DNA of 64,000 bases from the human T2T-CHM13v2.0 reference genome, Homo sapiens. Positions 1 through 14,055 of the stretch are shown piece by piece (position 1 is the first letter of the stretch; the number at the start of each line of letters is the position of its first letter). Made by a program: the position numbers and the translations under genes. The stretch is from NCBI RefSeq assembly GCF_009914755.1, contig NC_060935.1. The stretch is one strand, 5' to 3'. The notes under the pieces are model-generated. The model was not told the origin of the DNA. It ran no database searches and saw nothing but the letters and a program-made list of their open reading frames with translations.

Positions 1-649
1 AACAGGAAAATCCAATGTACTCTTTAAGCCTCTTCCTGTATTAACTGAGAATATTACAAAAAGAGGCCCTAAAAGAGCACATGCTAAATGTTGAGGACAC
101 AGTAGTGAACAAATACAGGTACGACTTAGTTATGAAGGTTCAGCTTTGATAAGGAAGACAAATGTATCACACCCTAATAATACATTTACAAACTGTTCAG
201 TACCTTGCGTGGGAGCAACAGAAGTCTTGGTTTTCCTTCCTTTTCTTTTCCTGGCCAACCAAGGCTGTGGGAGTTTGTCTCTCTAAGAGAGCTCATAGTG
301 GATGCATCCACGCCTGATGCTTCTCTCCACCCTCAGAAGAAAATGCATCCTCTTTCCACTTAGAGGCCTCCTGATTTATTGAATCCTCTGGATGACTGAG
401 TGATGGCTACATTTGTAAGGTAGAAAAGGGCTCCAGGATTCTCCTATCTGTTCCTAATTGGCTTTCACTCATCTCTCTTTTGTTTCCTATTTGATTTGCT
501 TCTTATTCTCTCTCTAACTGAAGCTTGTTATAGTTAGCTTTTTTTTCAACCCCCGATCTTGACAATCAACTTGGATGTAACTTGGGAATTACTCCCCTGC
601 TTTCCCCCTCAAACGTGTGTATTGAACGCTTGGTGGTGTTGGGGCCAAA

Positions 650-860
650 GGGCTGGACCTAAGATTGAAACCTGAGGCAGCCCTGTTAGGTTCAAATCCA
701 CATTGTGTGAGACCAAGGAATAATTATGCATCCATTTTGTGCCCCTATGCCATCGTCTGTAAAATGGGAATATTAATAATTCTTCCCTCCTAAGCTCTTG
801 AGAGGATTAAAGGAGACAGTAGTAGCTGGTAAACTCTCAATCAGCTGCTGTTATTTACCC
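650..860 (+). mobile_element. MIR SINE remnant
   Basis: ggttcaaatcc...tgtgtgagacc...catcgtctgtaaaatgggaatattaata core. Confidence 0.6.
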
Positions 861-1829
861 GGATGAGAGCTAGTCCTCTGTCTCCAGTTGAAATCTGCAT
901 GAGCATCTCTCTTTATACTCCAAGCCTGGCGCTTTTTCTACATCCCAACATAGACTCCTCTCACACAGAAGATTTAGCCAGCAAAAGAAACTCTTCTAAA
1001 GATCTCCTGGGAAAGAGTGAAGTAGGTTTATGTTGTGCACACCCAGCACACCACTTAGTAGTCCTCCGTCTCTATTCCCACACTTCAATTTCCTCCTTCA
1101 GTGGCACTCAGACCTCACACTCACTCCTTCATCCACTATATTGCTGAGCACTTCAGCTCAAATCCACTTCCTACTCCAACATTGTGTACCAAAATGCTTC
1201 CAGATGTTCAGCAAAGCCATACTGAGTTCTCATATCAAAGGCACATCAGTGGTCAACTTCAGCTATTTGGGCACACATCAGTAATTACTCTAACACACAC
1301 AGAGCTGTCCAGAAAAAGAATTCTGAATAAATGAAATTTTCTTCATCTCATTATACATGTGTGTTCTAATGCTTTTAATTGTGCTTTCATTTTTATTTCC
1401 CGTTTAACCACCAAATCTGCTACTACCATTAGGCTCCTCATTCACGCATTCATTCATTGAATAAATATTTGCGGAGAACACAGTGTGCTGAACAAGGAGC
1501 TAGACACTAGGGTTATAAAAGGTGCTTCTGACTTCAATGACTGACACACGGAGCCATTTCTAACCCACAAGGCCCAGCCATTCTTACATCTCTCCTAGCA
1601 AAATATTACATTGCTCTCATGTCCCTTAAATCATGGTCTTCTTTCTCCTCCATGGATAGACCACTCCTAGTCATGGGGGTGTCACAGCCATCTCTTTGTC
1701 TTTCTGAATTCCTGCACCTGAGGGAAAATTTCTGGCCCAGGAGAGAGTAATGCTTGGGTCCATAGCCCTAGCCAGCTGAGTGAAGGTATTTCCAGCATAG
1801 AATAGTCCCATGTCAGCAGAGGACCTCTG

Positions 1830-2010
1830 TTGCAATAGAGCCCAGGCTTTAGAACCGGCGAGAACTGGGTTTGAATCTAGTTTCAAGGGATCTCTACCTT
1901 TTGATTTGCTATTTATTCTCTATAAGCCAGTCTCCCTTCTCTGTAAAATGGGGACAGTAATTCACACATTGCAGAGTGGTCCTACAAATCAGAGATCATA
2001 CAGATGGTGT
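1830..2010 (+). mobile_element. MIR SINE remnant
   Basis: ctgggtttgaatctag...ctgtaaaatggggacagtaat core. Confidence 0.6.
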
Positions 2011-2068
2011 TTAAATCTTGTTTGTGTTCCCACTAACCTTCCAGGGGCACCAGTGGAGGGTTCTGAGC

Positions 2069-2857
2069 ATGGATCCAATCATTCCAGCCTGAAGGACAGA
2101 GCTCACACCAGTAAATAAAAACAAATGAGACTCCTCTTCTTACTTGTGACTTGAACACTCTGAATTTCTTCACCAGCGTGATGACCTTTGCCTACCTTGT
2201 AGGCCTGAGCATGCTGAGTGCCATCAGTACTGAGTGCTGCCTGTCTGTCCTGCGGCCTATCTGGTACTGCTGCTGCTGCCCAAGAAACCTGTCAACTGTC
2301 ATGTGTGCCTTGCCCTGGGCCCTGTCCCTGCTGCTGAACACCCTGGAAGGGAAGTTTTGTGGCTTCTTAGTTAGTAATGGTGACTATGGTTGGTGTTGGA
2401 CATTTGATTTCATCACTGCAGTGTGGCTGGTTTTTATATTTTTAAATTTTTTTTGTGGTTCTCTGTGAGTCCAGCCTGGTCCTGCTGGTCAGGATCCTCT
2501 GTGGCTCCCTGCACATCCTGCTGACCACGCTGTGTGACCATCCTGCTCACAGTGCTGCTCTTCCTTATTTGCAGCCTGCCCTTAGGCATTAAGTGGTTCC
2601 TATTATTCTGGATCCTCGTGGATTTTGATATCTTCCTTTGTCATTTGCAACCAGTTTCAGATGTCCTGTCCTCTCTTAACAGCAGTGCCAACCCCATCAT
2701 TTACTTCTTCATGGGCTCCTTTAGGCAGCGTCAAAATTGGCAGAACCTGAAGCTGGTTCTCCAGAAGGCTCTGCAGGACACACCTGAGGTGGATGAAGGT
2801 GGAGGGCGGCTTCCTCAGGAAACCCTGGAGATGTCGGGAAGCAGATTGGAGCAGTGA
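2069..2857 (+). pseudogene. MAS-related GPCR X-family pseudogene (probably the locus annotated MRGPRX13P)
   Basis: Acceptor ctaaccttccag (2033-2044), then ATG at 2069 (MDPIIPA*). Later frames give MRGPRX motifs [58 protein letters not shown] and C-terminus ..[12 protein letters not shown]. Stop at codon 8, frameshifts near 2120, 2440-2455 and 2533, TM1-TM2 deleted. AATAAA at 3084-3089. Confidence 0.93.
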
Positions 2858-3226
2858 GGAAGAACCTCTGCCCTGTCAGTCAGACAGGACTTTGAGAGCA
2901 ACACTACCCTGCCAGCATTGACAGTTACCTGCTCTTCTCTCAGCCTCATGCCTCTGAAGTGTCTTAGTGATTCCTCAATGACTTTGGGTAGATTAATTTT
3001 AGCCTTGTTTTTCCTGGGTTTTTTTTTTTTTCTTAGAAAAAGCAGTCTAAACGAAGAACATCTCCATCTTTCTCAACTTAACCAATAAATTCTTTTTTTT
3101 TTCTGGAAATGGGAAAGGAGGGAATTCATAGTAGCATTGTTAATAAAAGCATAGAAGTAATTTAGGGAATGGTGATCTGTATGTAAATGAGTTTCTTTCC
3201 TTGTGCCACCCCAAGTATTTTGTCAC

Positions 3227-3578
3227 TGATACAGTTTAGCTATGTTCCCACCCAAATCTCATCTTGAATTATCATGTGTTGTGGGAGGGACCCAGTGGGA
3301 GGTAATTGAATCATGGGGGCAAGTCTTTCCCATGCTGTTCTCATGATAGTGAGTAAGTCTCACGAGATTTGATGGTTTTAAAAAGAGGAGTTCCCCTGTA
3401 CAAGTTCTCTCTCTTTGCCCGCTGCCATCCATGTAAGACGTGACTTGCTCCTCCTTGCCTTCTGCCATGATTGTGAGGCTTCCCCAGCCACATGGAACTG
3501 TAAGTCCAATTAAGCCTTTTTCTTTTATAAATTGCCCCCATCTTGGGTATGTCTTTATGAGCAGCATGAAAATGGACT
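3227..3578 (+). mobile_element. THE1 (MaLR) solo LTR
   Basis: Starts tgatacagtttagct..cccacccaaatctcatcttgaatt; ends agcagcatgaaaatggact. Confidence 0.85.
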
Positions 3579-3616
3579 GGTCATAGTTGCAAGATCCCTC
3601 TTAAGAGGACTCTAAA

Positions 3617-3920
3617 GGCCAGGCACAGTGACTCATGCCTGTAGTCTCAGAACTTTGGGTGACCGAGGCAAGAGAATCTCTTGAGTCCAGGAGTTTGAGG
3701 CTTGGAGTTCAAGACTAGCTGGGCAACACAGCAAGACACCATCTCCACAAAAAATTAAAAATTAGTCAGGCACAGTGGCACATGCCTGTAGTCACAGCTA
3801 CTTGAGACGCTGGGGTGGGAGGATCGCTTCAGTGCAGAAGGTCAAGGCTGCAGTGAGCCAGGATTGCACAACTACACTCCAGCCTAGGCAACAGAGCAAG
3901 ACCTTGTCTCTAAAAAAAAT
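3617..3920 (+). mobile_element. Alu (old, AluJ-like)
   Basis: Dimeric Alu with A-rich linker and tail. Confidence 0.9.
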
Positions 3921-4482
3921 TTAATTTAATTTTTAAAAAAGAAGGCTCATAAGGCTGGAGTGCTTTAAACAACGACCAGTGTCTGTAGTGGCCTTGAAGT
4001 GATAGGGGTTGGCAATCCTTTTGTGAAATTAGTTGGAATGAACTGTTTAATATGGCCAAGTCTTGTGCAGGCCAGCCAGGTCAGCCTAGCAGGAGAAGCC
4101 AAAAGGCAATGTCTTACCCTCCCAACATTCCTCCCCGGAATATGTCAAATCCTTCAGGGTCAGAAAACATTGGTAAAAACAACAGGGAGATAGAACAAAG
4201 AGAAGTGTGGGAGTAGGGGGAAAGAGAGAAGCAGTGGAAAGCACCCTCTTCTCTGGTGCAGCATTTTTGCCTGCAAAAGACCCAAAGTGGAATTAGGGAA
4301 GATAGTTTATCTTTAAATTAAGTTCAACATTTTATTCCTCACATAAAAATCCAACTCTAAACTTTTTTATAGGCTTGATATGGATGATGGACTGAGAGTT
4401 GGTAATTGGTTATCCAAAAACTTCACATTTAAATTCTGCATTTCACCTTGCACCTCTTTTGAAATGTGGTATCTACAATGTC

Positions 4483-4621
4483 TTTTTTTTTTTTTTTTTT
4501 TTTAGTAGAGACATGGTTTCCATGTTGGCCAGGCTGGTCTTGAACTCCTGACCTCAGGTGATCTGCCCGCCTCGGCCTCCCAAAGTGCTAGGATTACAGG
4601 TGTGAGTCACCCCACCCAGCC
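4483..4621 (-). mobile_element. Alu left monomer with poly(A)
   Basis: T-run followed by reverse-complement left arm only. Confidence 0.85.
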
Positions 4622-5528
4622 TAGTGTCTTGATATTTCAATTAAAACTTCTGTTTCAACATCCAGCTACACATATGAGAGAATAATGAATATCAATTTCA
4701 GAAGCTCTGAAGAGATCAGTGAGAGGAGAGATGCAAGTTTGAGCCTCTAGATATAGCTGTAAAATTGTATTTATTTATTTTAAAGACCAATTGGAAGAAA
4801 ATATGACAAAATTTAATGCTTCATTTTACAGATGTGTGTATGATGCTTATTATATGATCTTATGGCCCGTGTGTCTTAGTTTACAAACTTCTCATTAACA
4901 TACCCCTCATCGACATCACCCTCATTCTTGGTGACTTCAATTATCCACATAGGTAGTAGGTAGTCAACCCAACCAACTGCTCTTTCCATTGTTTCTTAAC
5001 TTTTCATTCTGAATTAATTACAGGTTAACCAGAAGTTTCAAAACTAGTACAGAGAGTTCCTGTGTACCCTACACCCAACCTACACCAATGATGACAGATT
5101 GCATAAATATAGTATATTATCAGGCAATTGACACTGGTGCAATAAAATTATCTATACCATAGCTAACCATTCAGATTTCACTAGTTTTTATACACTCATT
5201 TTTTTTTTTTTGGTTGCAGATTTCCCTTTGCGAATCATTCTATGACATTTTATCACATGTATAGATTGACATAACTACCACCACATTCAAGGTATAGGAC
5301 TGTTACTTCACCACAAAAGAACTCTCTTAGGTTACACATTATAGTCACACCCGCACCCATCCCCCTTCCCAAATCCCTGGCAACCACTCACTTGCTCTTT
5401 ATCTCTATAATTTTGTCATTTCAAAAATGTTATAAAATGGAATCACATAGTATATAACCTTTTTGAGTTTGACTTTCTTCGCTAAGCATAATGTTCTCAA
5501 GATCTACCCAAGTTGTTGCGGTAAGTAA

Positions 5529-5847
<319 letters not shown>

Positions 5848-5970
5848 GTTGATTTTCTTAAATTGTTAAGTAAGATTCTATTCTCTAGGTGTATTAAAGT
5901 TTCTTTCACTATTCATAAGTGGAAAGACATTTGGATTGTTTCCACTTTGGCTATTATAAATAAAGCTGTT

Positions 5971-8288
5971 TGTATTAGTCTGTTTTCATACTGCTGATAA
6001 AGGCATACCTGAGACTGGGCAATTTACAAAAGGAAAAGGTATAATTGGACTCACAGTTCCACATGGCTGGGGAGGCCTCATGATCATGGCAGAAGGCAAG
6101 GAGGAGCAAGTCACATCTTATGTGAATGGCTGCAGGCAAAAAGAGAACTTGTGCAGGCAAACTCCCATTTTTTTAAAGCCATCAGATCTCATAAAGACTT
6201 ATTCACTATCACAAGAAAAGCACGGGAAAGACCAGCCCCAAAATTCAATCACCTCCCACAGGGTTCCTCCTATGATATGTGGGAATTGTGGGAGTTACAA
6301 TTCAAGATGAGATTTGGGTAGGGACACAGCCAACCCATATCATTCCACCCCTGGCCCCTCCCAAATCTCATGTCCTCACATTTCAAAACCAATCATGCCT
6401 TCCCAACAGTCCCCAAAAGACTTAACTCATTTCAGCATTAACTCAAAAGTCCACAGTCCAATGTCTCATCTGAGACAAGGCAAGTCCCTTTCACCTATGA
6501 GCCTGTAAAATCAAAAGCAAGTTAGTTACTTACTAGATACAATGGGGGTACAGGCACTGGGTAAATACAGCCATTTCAGATGTGAGGAATTGGCCAAAAC
6601 AAAGGGGCTTACAGGCCCCATGCAAGTCTGAAATCCAGCAGGGCAGTCAAATCTTAACACTCCAAAATGATCTCCTTTGACTCCGTGTCTCAAATCCAGG
6701 TCACACTGATGCAAGAGGTGGGTTCCCATGGTCTTGGCAGCTCTGCCCCTGTGGCCTTGCAGGGTACAGCCTCCCTCCCAGCTGCTTTCATGGACTGGAG
6801 TTGAGTGTCTGCAGCTTTTCCAGACACACGGTGCAAACTGTCAGTGGATCTACCATTCTGGGGCCTGGAGGACGGTGTCCCGCTTCTCACAGCTCCACTA
6901 GGCAGTGCCCCAATAGGTACTCTGTGTCGGGGCTCTGACCCACATTTCCCTTCTGCACTGCTCCATCAGAGGTTCTCCATGACAGCCCCACCCCTACAGC
7001 AAAATTCTGTCTGGACATCCAGGCATTATCATACATCCCCTGAAATCTAGGAGGAGGTTCCCAAACACCAATTCTTGACTACTGTGCACTAGCAGGCTCA
7101 ACACCATGTGGAAGCTGCCAAGGCTTGAGGCTTGCACCCTCTGAAGCCATGGCTCAAGCTCTATGTTGGCTCCTTTCAGCCATGGCTGGAGTGGCTGGTA
7201 CATAAGGTACCATGTCCCTAGGGTACACACAGCACAGGGACCCTGGGCCCAGCCCACAAAACTATTTTCTCCTAGGCCTCTGGGCCTGTGATGGGAAGGG
7301 CTGCTGTGAAGACCTCTGACATGCCCTAGAGACACTTTCTTCATTGTCTTGAGGATTAACATTGGGCTCCTCGTTACTTATGCAAATTTCTGCAACTGGC
7401 TTGAATTTTTTCTCAGAAAATGGGTTTTTCTTTTCCATCACATTGTCAGGCTGCAAATTTTCCAAACTTTTATGCTCTGCTTCCCTTATAAAACTGAATG
7501 CCTTTAACAGCACCCAAGTCACCTCTTGAATGCTTTGCTGCTTAGAAATTTCTTCTTCCAGATATGCTAAATCATCTCTCTCAAGTTCAAAGTTTCACAA
7601 GTCTCTAGGGCAGGGGCAAAATGCCACCAGTCTCTTTGCTAAAACATAACAAGAGTCACCTTCGCTCCAGTTTCCAACAAGTTCCTCATCTCCATCTGTG
7701 ACCATCTCAGCCTGGATCTTATTGTCCATATTGTTATCAGGCTTTTGGTCAAAGCCATTCAACAAGTCTCTAGGAAATTCCAAACATTTCCACATTTTCC
7801 TGTCTTCTTCTGAGCCCTCCAAACTGTTCCAACCTCTGCCTGTAACCCAGTTCCAAAGCTGCTTCCACATTTTCAGGTATCTTTTCAGCAACACCCCACT
7901 TTACTGGTACCAATTTACTGTATTAGTCCATTTTCATGCTGCTGATAAAGACATGCCCGAGACTGGGTAACTTGCAGAAGGAAGAGGTGTAATTGGATTC
8001 ACAGCTCCACATGGCTGGGGAGGCCTCATGATCATGGCAGAAGGCAAGGAGTAGCAAGTCACATCTTACGTGGATGGCAGCAGGCAAAGAGAGAACTTGT
8101 GCAGGCAAACTCCCATTTTTTAAAGCCATCAGATCTCATGAGGCTTATTCACTATCACAAGAACAGCATGGGAAAGACCCACCCCAAAATTCAATCACCT
8201 CCCACCAGGTTCCTGCCATGATATGTGGGAATTGTGGGAGTTACAATTCAAGATGAGATTTGGGTGAGGGCACAGCCAAACCATATCA
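5971..8288 (-). mobile_element. Full-length THE1 MaLR (LTR 7919-8288, internal 6343-7918, LTR 5971-6342)
   Basis: Two similar ~370-bp LTRs (tgtattagtc...catatca) around a ~1.6-kb THE1-int; TSD ctgtt (5966-70)/ctgct (8289-93). Confidence 0.93.
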
Positions 8289-8554
8289 CTGCTATAAACA
8301 TTTGTGTGCAAATTTCTTAAGTGAACATAGTTCCATTCTCTAGGATAAATGCCCAGTATGGATTGTTAGTTAAGAATGGTGTATATAGATACCTTTTTAG
8401 GTAAATATGAAAGAGTTTCCCAAAGTAGTTATACTATTTTACTTTCTTACTGGCAATGTATGAAAAATCGAGTTTCTCCAAACCTCTGCCAACATTCGAA
8501 ACTATGAACTTTTTTTAGCCATTCTAAGAGGTGTATAGTGATATCTCATAGTGG

Positions 8555-8815
8555 CTTCTTCTGAGGCCTCTTTCCTTGGCTTATTTATGGGAACTTCTTC
8601 TCCCCTCTTCACATGATCTTCTATGTGTCTGTGTCCTAACCTCCTCTTCTTATAAGGACATCAGTCATATTCAATCAAGGCTCACCCTAACACGCTCATT
8701 TTAACTTCATTCACTCTGTAAAAACTTTGTCTCCAAATACCGTCGTCTTCTGACATACTAGGGGTGAGAACTTCAATATATGAACATTGCAGTGACACAA
8801 TTCAGCCCATTACAC
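8555..8815 (-). mobile_element. MLT1 LTR fragment
   Basis: tcttataaggacatcagtcatatt...tctccaaatac...acacaattcagcccattaca. Confidence 0.7.
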
Positions 8816-11607
8816 AATCCTTAATAAATATTTTCTGAATGAATCTATTAAAAAACTTTTCTAAATATTTTAAATAATTTTTAATTCAAATGGCATTTTT
8901 TAAATGACAAGTAGCTTGATTTAAGTGTCGCATGTGGCACAAGAAGATAATTCATAAGAGATACCATTGTGAGTATATATACCAAATGAAAATAAATAAA
9001 TAACAATTTTCATGAAGTGGAAGGAGGAAGAAGAAGGATACTTACATGTGATTAACTCTTCACCTTTTAGAAGGGAAGTCAACTGATCTACTTGTTAATA
9101 TTGATAAATTTAAAATAAAACTATAGAGGAGGGGCTTTGAGATGGCTTACTAGAAGCACTGGACACTAGCCTCCTCCACAGAGAAGAATCAAAATAGCGA
9201 CTGGATTATCACACTTCAAACAGAGCGTCTAAGAAAGAATGCTGGAATTCAGCAAAAAAGTGACAGAAAACACTTGACGCATGAAAAGACGGCGGGGCGA
9301 GTGGGAAAGCCCAACTGGGATCAGCTGGAAGCCCTGAGCAGCTCCCCAGTGTGGGGAAAGGGTAAGAGAGAGATCTCCAGCAGTTTCACATTCCCATCAT
9401 TAACTCCTGCAATCTTAGCCACCGGAGAGCCCCTCAACTGCCATGGGCCCTGAGACTGGTATAGAGAGCCCCCTGGAGTCTGTACTACAACATTGCTCCA
9501 GAAAGGGAGCTCATGCGAGGTCCCACACATTTCCTGGATACCCAGACAGCTGCAGCATGGTACCATTTTGAGAGCCCAGAACCCATAAGACTACATCCTG
9601 CCCTGGAATCCAACAGCTCCTGCATCACTATATTGCCCAGAGCCCCACCAACATCTCCCCATGTTCACCTGGAGTGCCACAGTTAAACGCAACAGACTTG
9701 CAAGGTTTTCAGCACTCTAGCCCACATGCTCTCCTGCACCCTGGGGAAAGGGTGGTGCCGCACTCAAAGGAAACTGCCCCCAGGATAAAGGGAGTCAAAT
9801 CACATTTTTCCTAGAGCCTGAATCCCACCTGCCTCATGCCACTGCCACTGACGGCATCTCTGCTCCCACCAGCAGCTGGACTACCATGCACTTGCATGCA
9901 CTCTGAGAATAAGCTCTCCCTGCCAGCCACTGCCACTAGGATGAAGTGTGCACTCCCCATATCCTGAGAGCCACCTGTCTGGGGTGGCTGCCACTGTCAA
10001 CAACTCTACCTCTCCCCAGCAGCAGGGCTGCCATGCACTTGCCCATGCCCTGAGAAGACAGGCTTTTCCCACCCACTGCCACCACTGCCACTGCCAATCA
10101 AGCACACCATCGAGAACTTGAGGATAGCCTCACCTCTCCCACTGCAGCCTGCACCTGTGTATGCCACTGAAGGGCCTATGGACAGACCTGCTCATCTTGC
10201 CACTGCCACTCATGGCCCAAGCCCCCTGCCTGGGGGCCTTGGGATTGTTCCACCCATCAGTTGTCCAAGGCACACATGTATACCACCAAAGGATCTAATG
10301 ACAACTCCAGAATGCCTGCCACCACCAGCACCCTAGCACACCATCCAGAAGCCTGGAGATTGCCCCACTAGCCTACCACAACCTATGCCTGTGGACACCA
10401 TAAAGGGGAGACTGAGGACAGGCCTGCCCCACCTGGCATGGCCCACCTCAGTGCCCAAGCACACCACCCTAAGGCCTGAGTGGTGCCCCACCTAATCTAC
10501 TACCACTGATATCTATACTGTCCTCCTGGGGGCCTGAAGATGGGCCTGCCAGTCTGCCACCACTGGCACTCACCCACACCCACCTGAGAAGCTGGAAACT
10601 GGCCTGCCCAGCCTGTCACACCCACTGCTAACACCAGTGTTTGCCACCTAGGAGCCTGAGGGTTGTCCCACCCTGCCTATTGTCATCACTTATGACCACA
10701 CGCTCTGCTCAGAGACCAAGGACTTGCCCACCTATCTGACCAAGTGCTGTCATCACTGGCACCCAAGAAAGCTGACTGGAAGCCCAAGAATCATCCTGCC
10801 AAGACCCTCTAACACTAGTGCCTGTGTATGCCACCCAGGGGCCCAAGAACAGGCATGCTCTGCCTGCTGCCACCACTGGGGCCTGTGGACTGGCCCACCT
10901 GGCATCCTATCCCAGAAAAACCTCATCACATCCTCCATTAACAACTGCAGCCTAAGTCACTGAAGGAATCACAGACAATATTGACAGTATTCATAGGCAA
11001 AGAAATTATATGGTGACAACACTACTGCACGTACCCATAATCAAACCTAAAGTGTTTTACTCAACCAATACAATAGATAAATCTACAGGAAAAAGTCTTG
11101 CCCTACAAATACCAATCCAAAAAATTTTAAAAACCACTCTTACACCAGATGCACAGATATTAATGAAAGGACAAAAGAAACATGAACAAGCAAGGATATA
11201 TGACACCTCCAAAGGAACACAATAATTATCCAGCAATAGATTCCAATGAAAAAGGAACTTATGAAATGCCTGGAAAAGAATTCAAAACAATTGTTTAAAA
11301 GGAGCTCAGTGAGATACACAAGAACCCAGATAAATAATACAAAAGAATTAGAAAAATAATTCAGGATATGAATGAGAAATTTACAAGAGATAGATATCAT
11401 TAAAAAGGAATCAAACAGAAATCCTGAAAATGATTAATTTCAATAAATGAAATTTTAAAATAATCAAGAGCTTCAACAATAGACTATATCAAGCAGAAGA
11501 AAGAATTGTAGAATGTGAAGACAAGTCTTTCAAAATAACCCAGTCAGACTTTTTTAAACAGAACAAAGTTAAAAAAAAAAAAAAAAAGGGAAGGGAAGGG
11601 AAAGGAA

Positions 11608-11872
11608 GGAGGCCAAGGCAGGTGGATCACGAGGTCAGGAGATCGAGACCATCCTGGCTAACATGGTGAAACCCCGTCTCTGCTAAAAATACAAAAAATT
11701 AGCCGGGCGTGGTGGCAGGCGCCTGTAGTCCCAGCTACTCAGGAGGCTGAGGTATGAGAATGGCATGAACCCAGAAGGAGGAGCTTGCAGTGAGACGAGA
11801 TTGCACCGCTGCACTCCAGCCTGGGGGACACAGCAAGACTCCGTCTCAAAAAATAAAATAAAAAATAAAAAA
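11608..11872 (+). mobile_element. AluY, 5'-truncated
   Basis: gagatcgagaccatcctggctaac; aatggcatgaaccc. Confidence 0.9.
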
Positions 11873-12858
11873 ATGACCAAACCATATACCACCACCTACA
11901 AGGAACTCACTTTACCTGTAAAGACACAGACTAAAAATAAAGGGGTGGAAAAAAAATATTTCACATAAATGGAAACCAAAGCAAGCAGGAGTAGCTGTAC
12001 TATTAGATAAAACAGACTTTAAGTCAAAAATAGTAAAATGAGACAAAGAAGGTTATTATATAATGATAAAAGGATCAACTCAGCAAGAAGATAAAATAAT
12101 TCTAAATATGTATGCACCCAACACTGGAGTATATGGACATATAAAGCAAATATTATTACCTCCAATGGGAAAGATAGACTACAATACAAGAAAAGTTGGG
12201 GACTTCAACACCCCACTCTCTAATTATTAGATAGATCATCTAGACAGAAAATAAACTAAGAAACAGTGGATTTAAACTGCACTTTAGACCAAATTTATAG
12301 AACTTTTCATATGACAGCTACAGACTACACATTCTTCTCATCAGTACAAGGAACATTCCTTGGGATAGACCATATGACAGGCCACAAAACAAGTCTCAAC
12401 AAATTTTTTTTAAAGTCTAAATTATATCAAGTATCTTCTCAGACCACAATGGAATAAAACTAGAAATCAATAATTCTTATTATTTGAAAATTAGACAAAC
12501 ATGGAAATCAACAACATGATCCTTGACAACCTTTTAGTCAAGGAAGTAATTAAGAAGGAAATTTTTAATAATCTTGAAGCAAATGAAAATCAAGACACAA
12601 CATACCAAAACCTATGGGATACAGGAAAAGTAATGCTAAGAGGAAAGTCCATAGCAATAAACATCTACATCAAAAAAATTGAGAGATTTCCAACAAACAA
12701 TCTAATGATACACCTCAAGTAACTAAAAAAGTGAGAACAAACAAAGCCCAAAATTAGTAGAAAGAAGAAAGATAAGAGCAGAAGTAAACAAAATAGAAAC
12801 AAAAAATATATACAAAGGTTCAATGAAACAGAAAGTGGTTTTTTGGAAAGATAAACTC

Positions 12859-13271
<413 letters not shown>

Positions 13272-14055
13272 TCATCAGACTAGTATGAACAACTGCACAC
13301 TGACAAACTGGAAAGCCTAGAGGAAATGGATAATTTTCTAAACACATACAACTTACCAAGGTTGAATCAGGAAGAAATAAAAAACCTCAACAGGCCAATA
13401 ATGAGTAAGTAACAAGATTCAATGAGTGATAAAAAGTCTCTCAACAAAGAAAAGCCCCAAGGCTGAATGGTTTCACTGCCGAATTCTACCAAACTTACAA
13501 TGAAGAACTAACACCAATTCTTCTCAAATTATTTCAAAAAATGAAAAAGGGGAGGCAGGGCAAAATGGCAGAATAGAAGGCTCCACCCATCATTCCCCCC
13601 ACAAGGACACCAATTTAACAACCATCTACACACACACATACACACACACACAAAACCTTCTTAAGAACCGTAAATCAGGTGAGCCCTCATAGTGCCTGGT
13701 ATTAACTTGGTATCACTGAAAGGCTCTGAAGAGGTAGAAAAAACAGTCTTGAATTGCTGACACCCCCTCTCTCCCACAGCCCAGCAGCAGCTGCATGGTT
13801 TGTGGACTATCGGGTGCTGGGGGAGGGAGAACACAGCAATTATGAGCCATTGAACTCAGTACCGTCCTGTTAGAGCAGAAAGGAAAACCAGACCAAACTG
13901 AGATGATGCTCACCCACAGAGAGATTTTAAACCAGGACCAGCCACAGAGGAATCACAGGCCCAATGGTTGGAACTTGAGTTCCTGCAAATCTTGCCACCT
14001 ACACTGCTCTGTTTCTTTAAGTAAATATGAAAGGCAGTCAAGGCCATAAGGACTG

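Noticed and set aside
5975-8256. Recurrent similar ORFs (MAEGKEEQVTSY..) at 3.3, 6.1 and 8.0 kb suggesting a gene family
   Set aside because: They are THE1 LTR translations.
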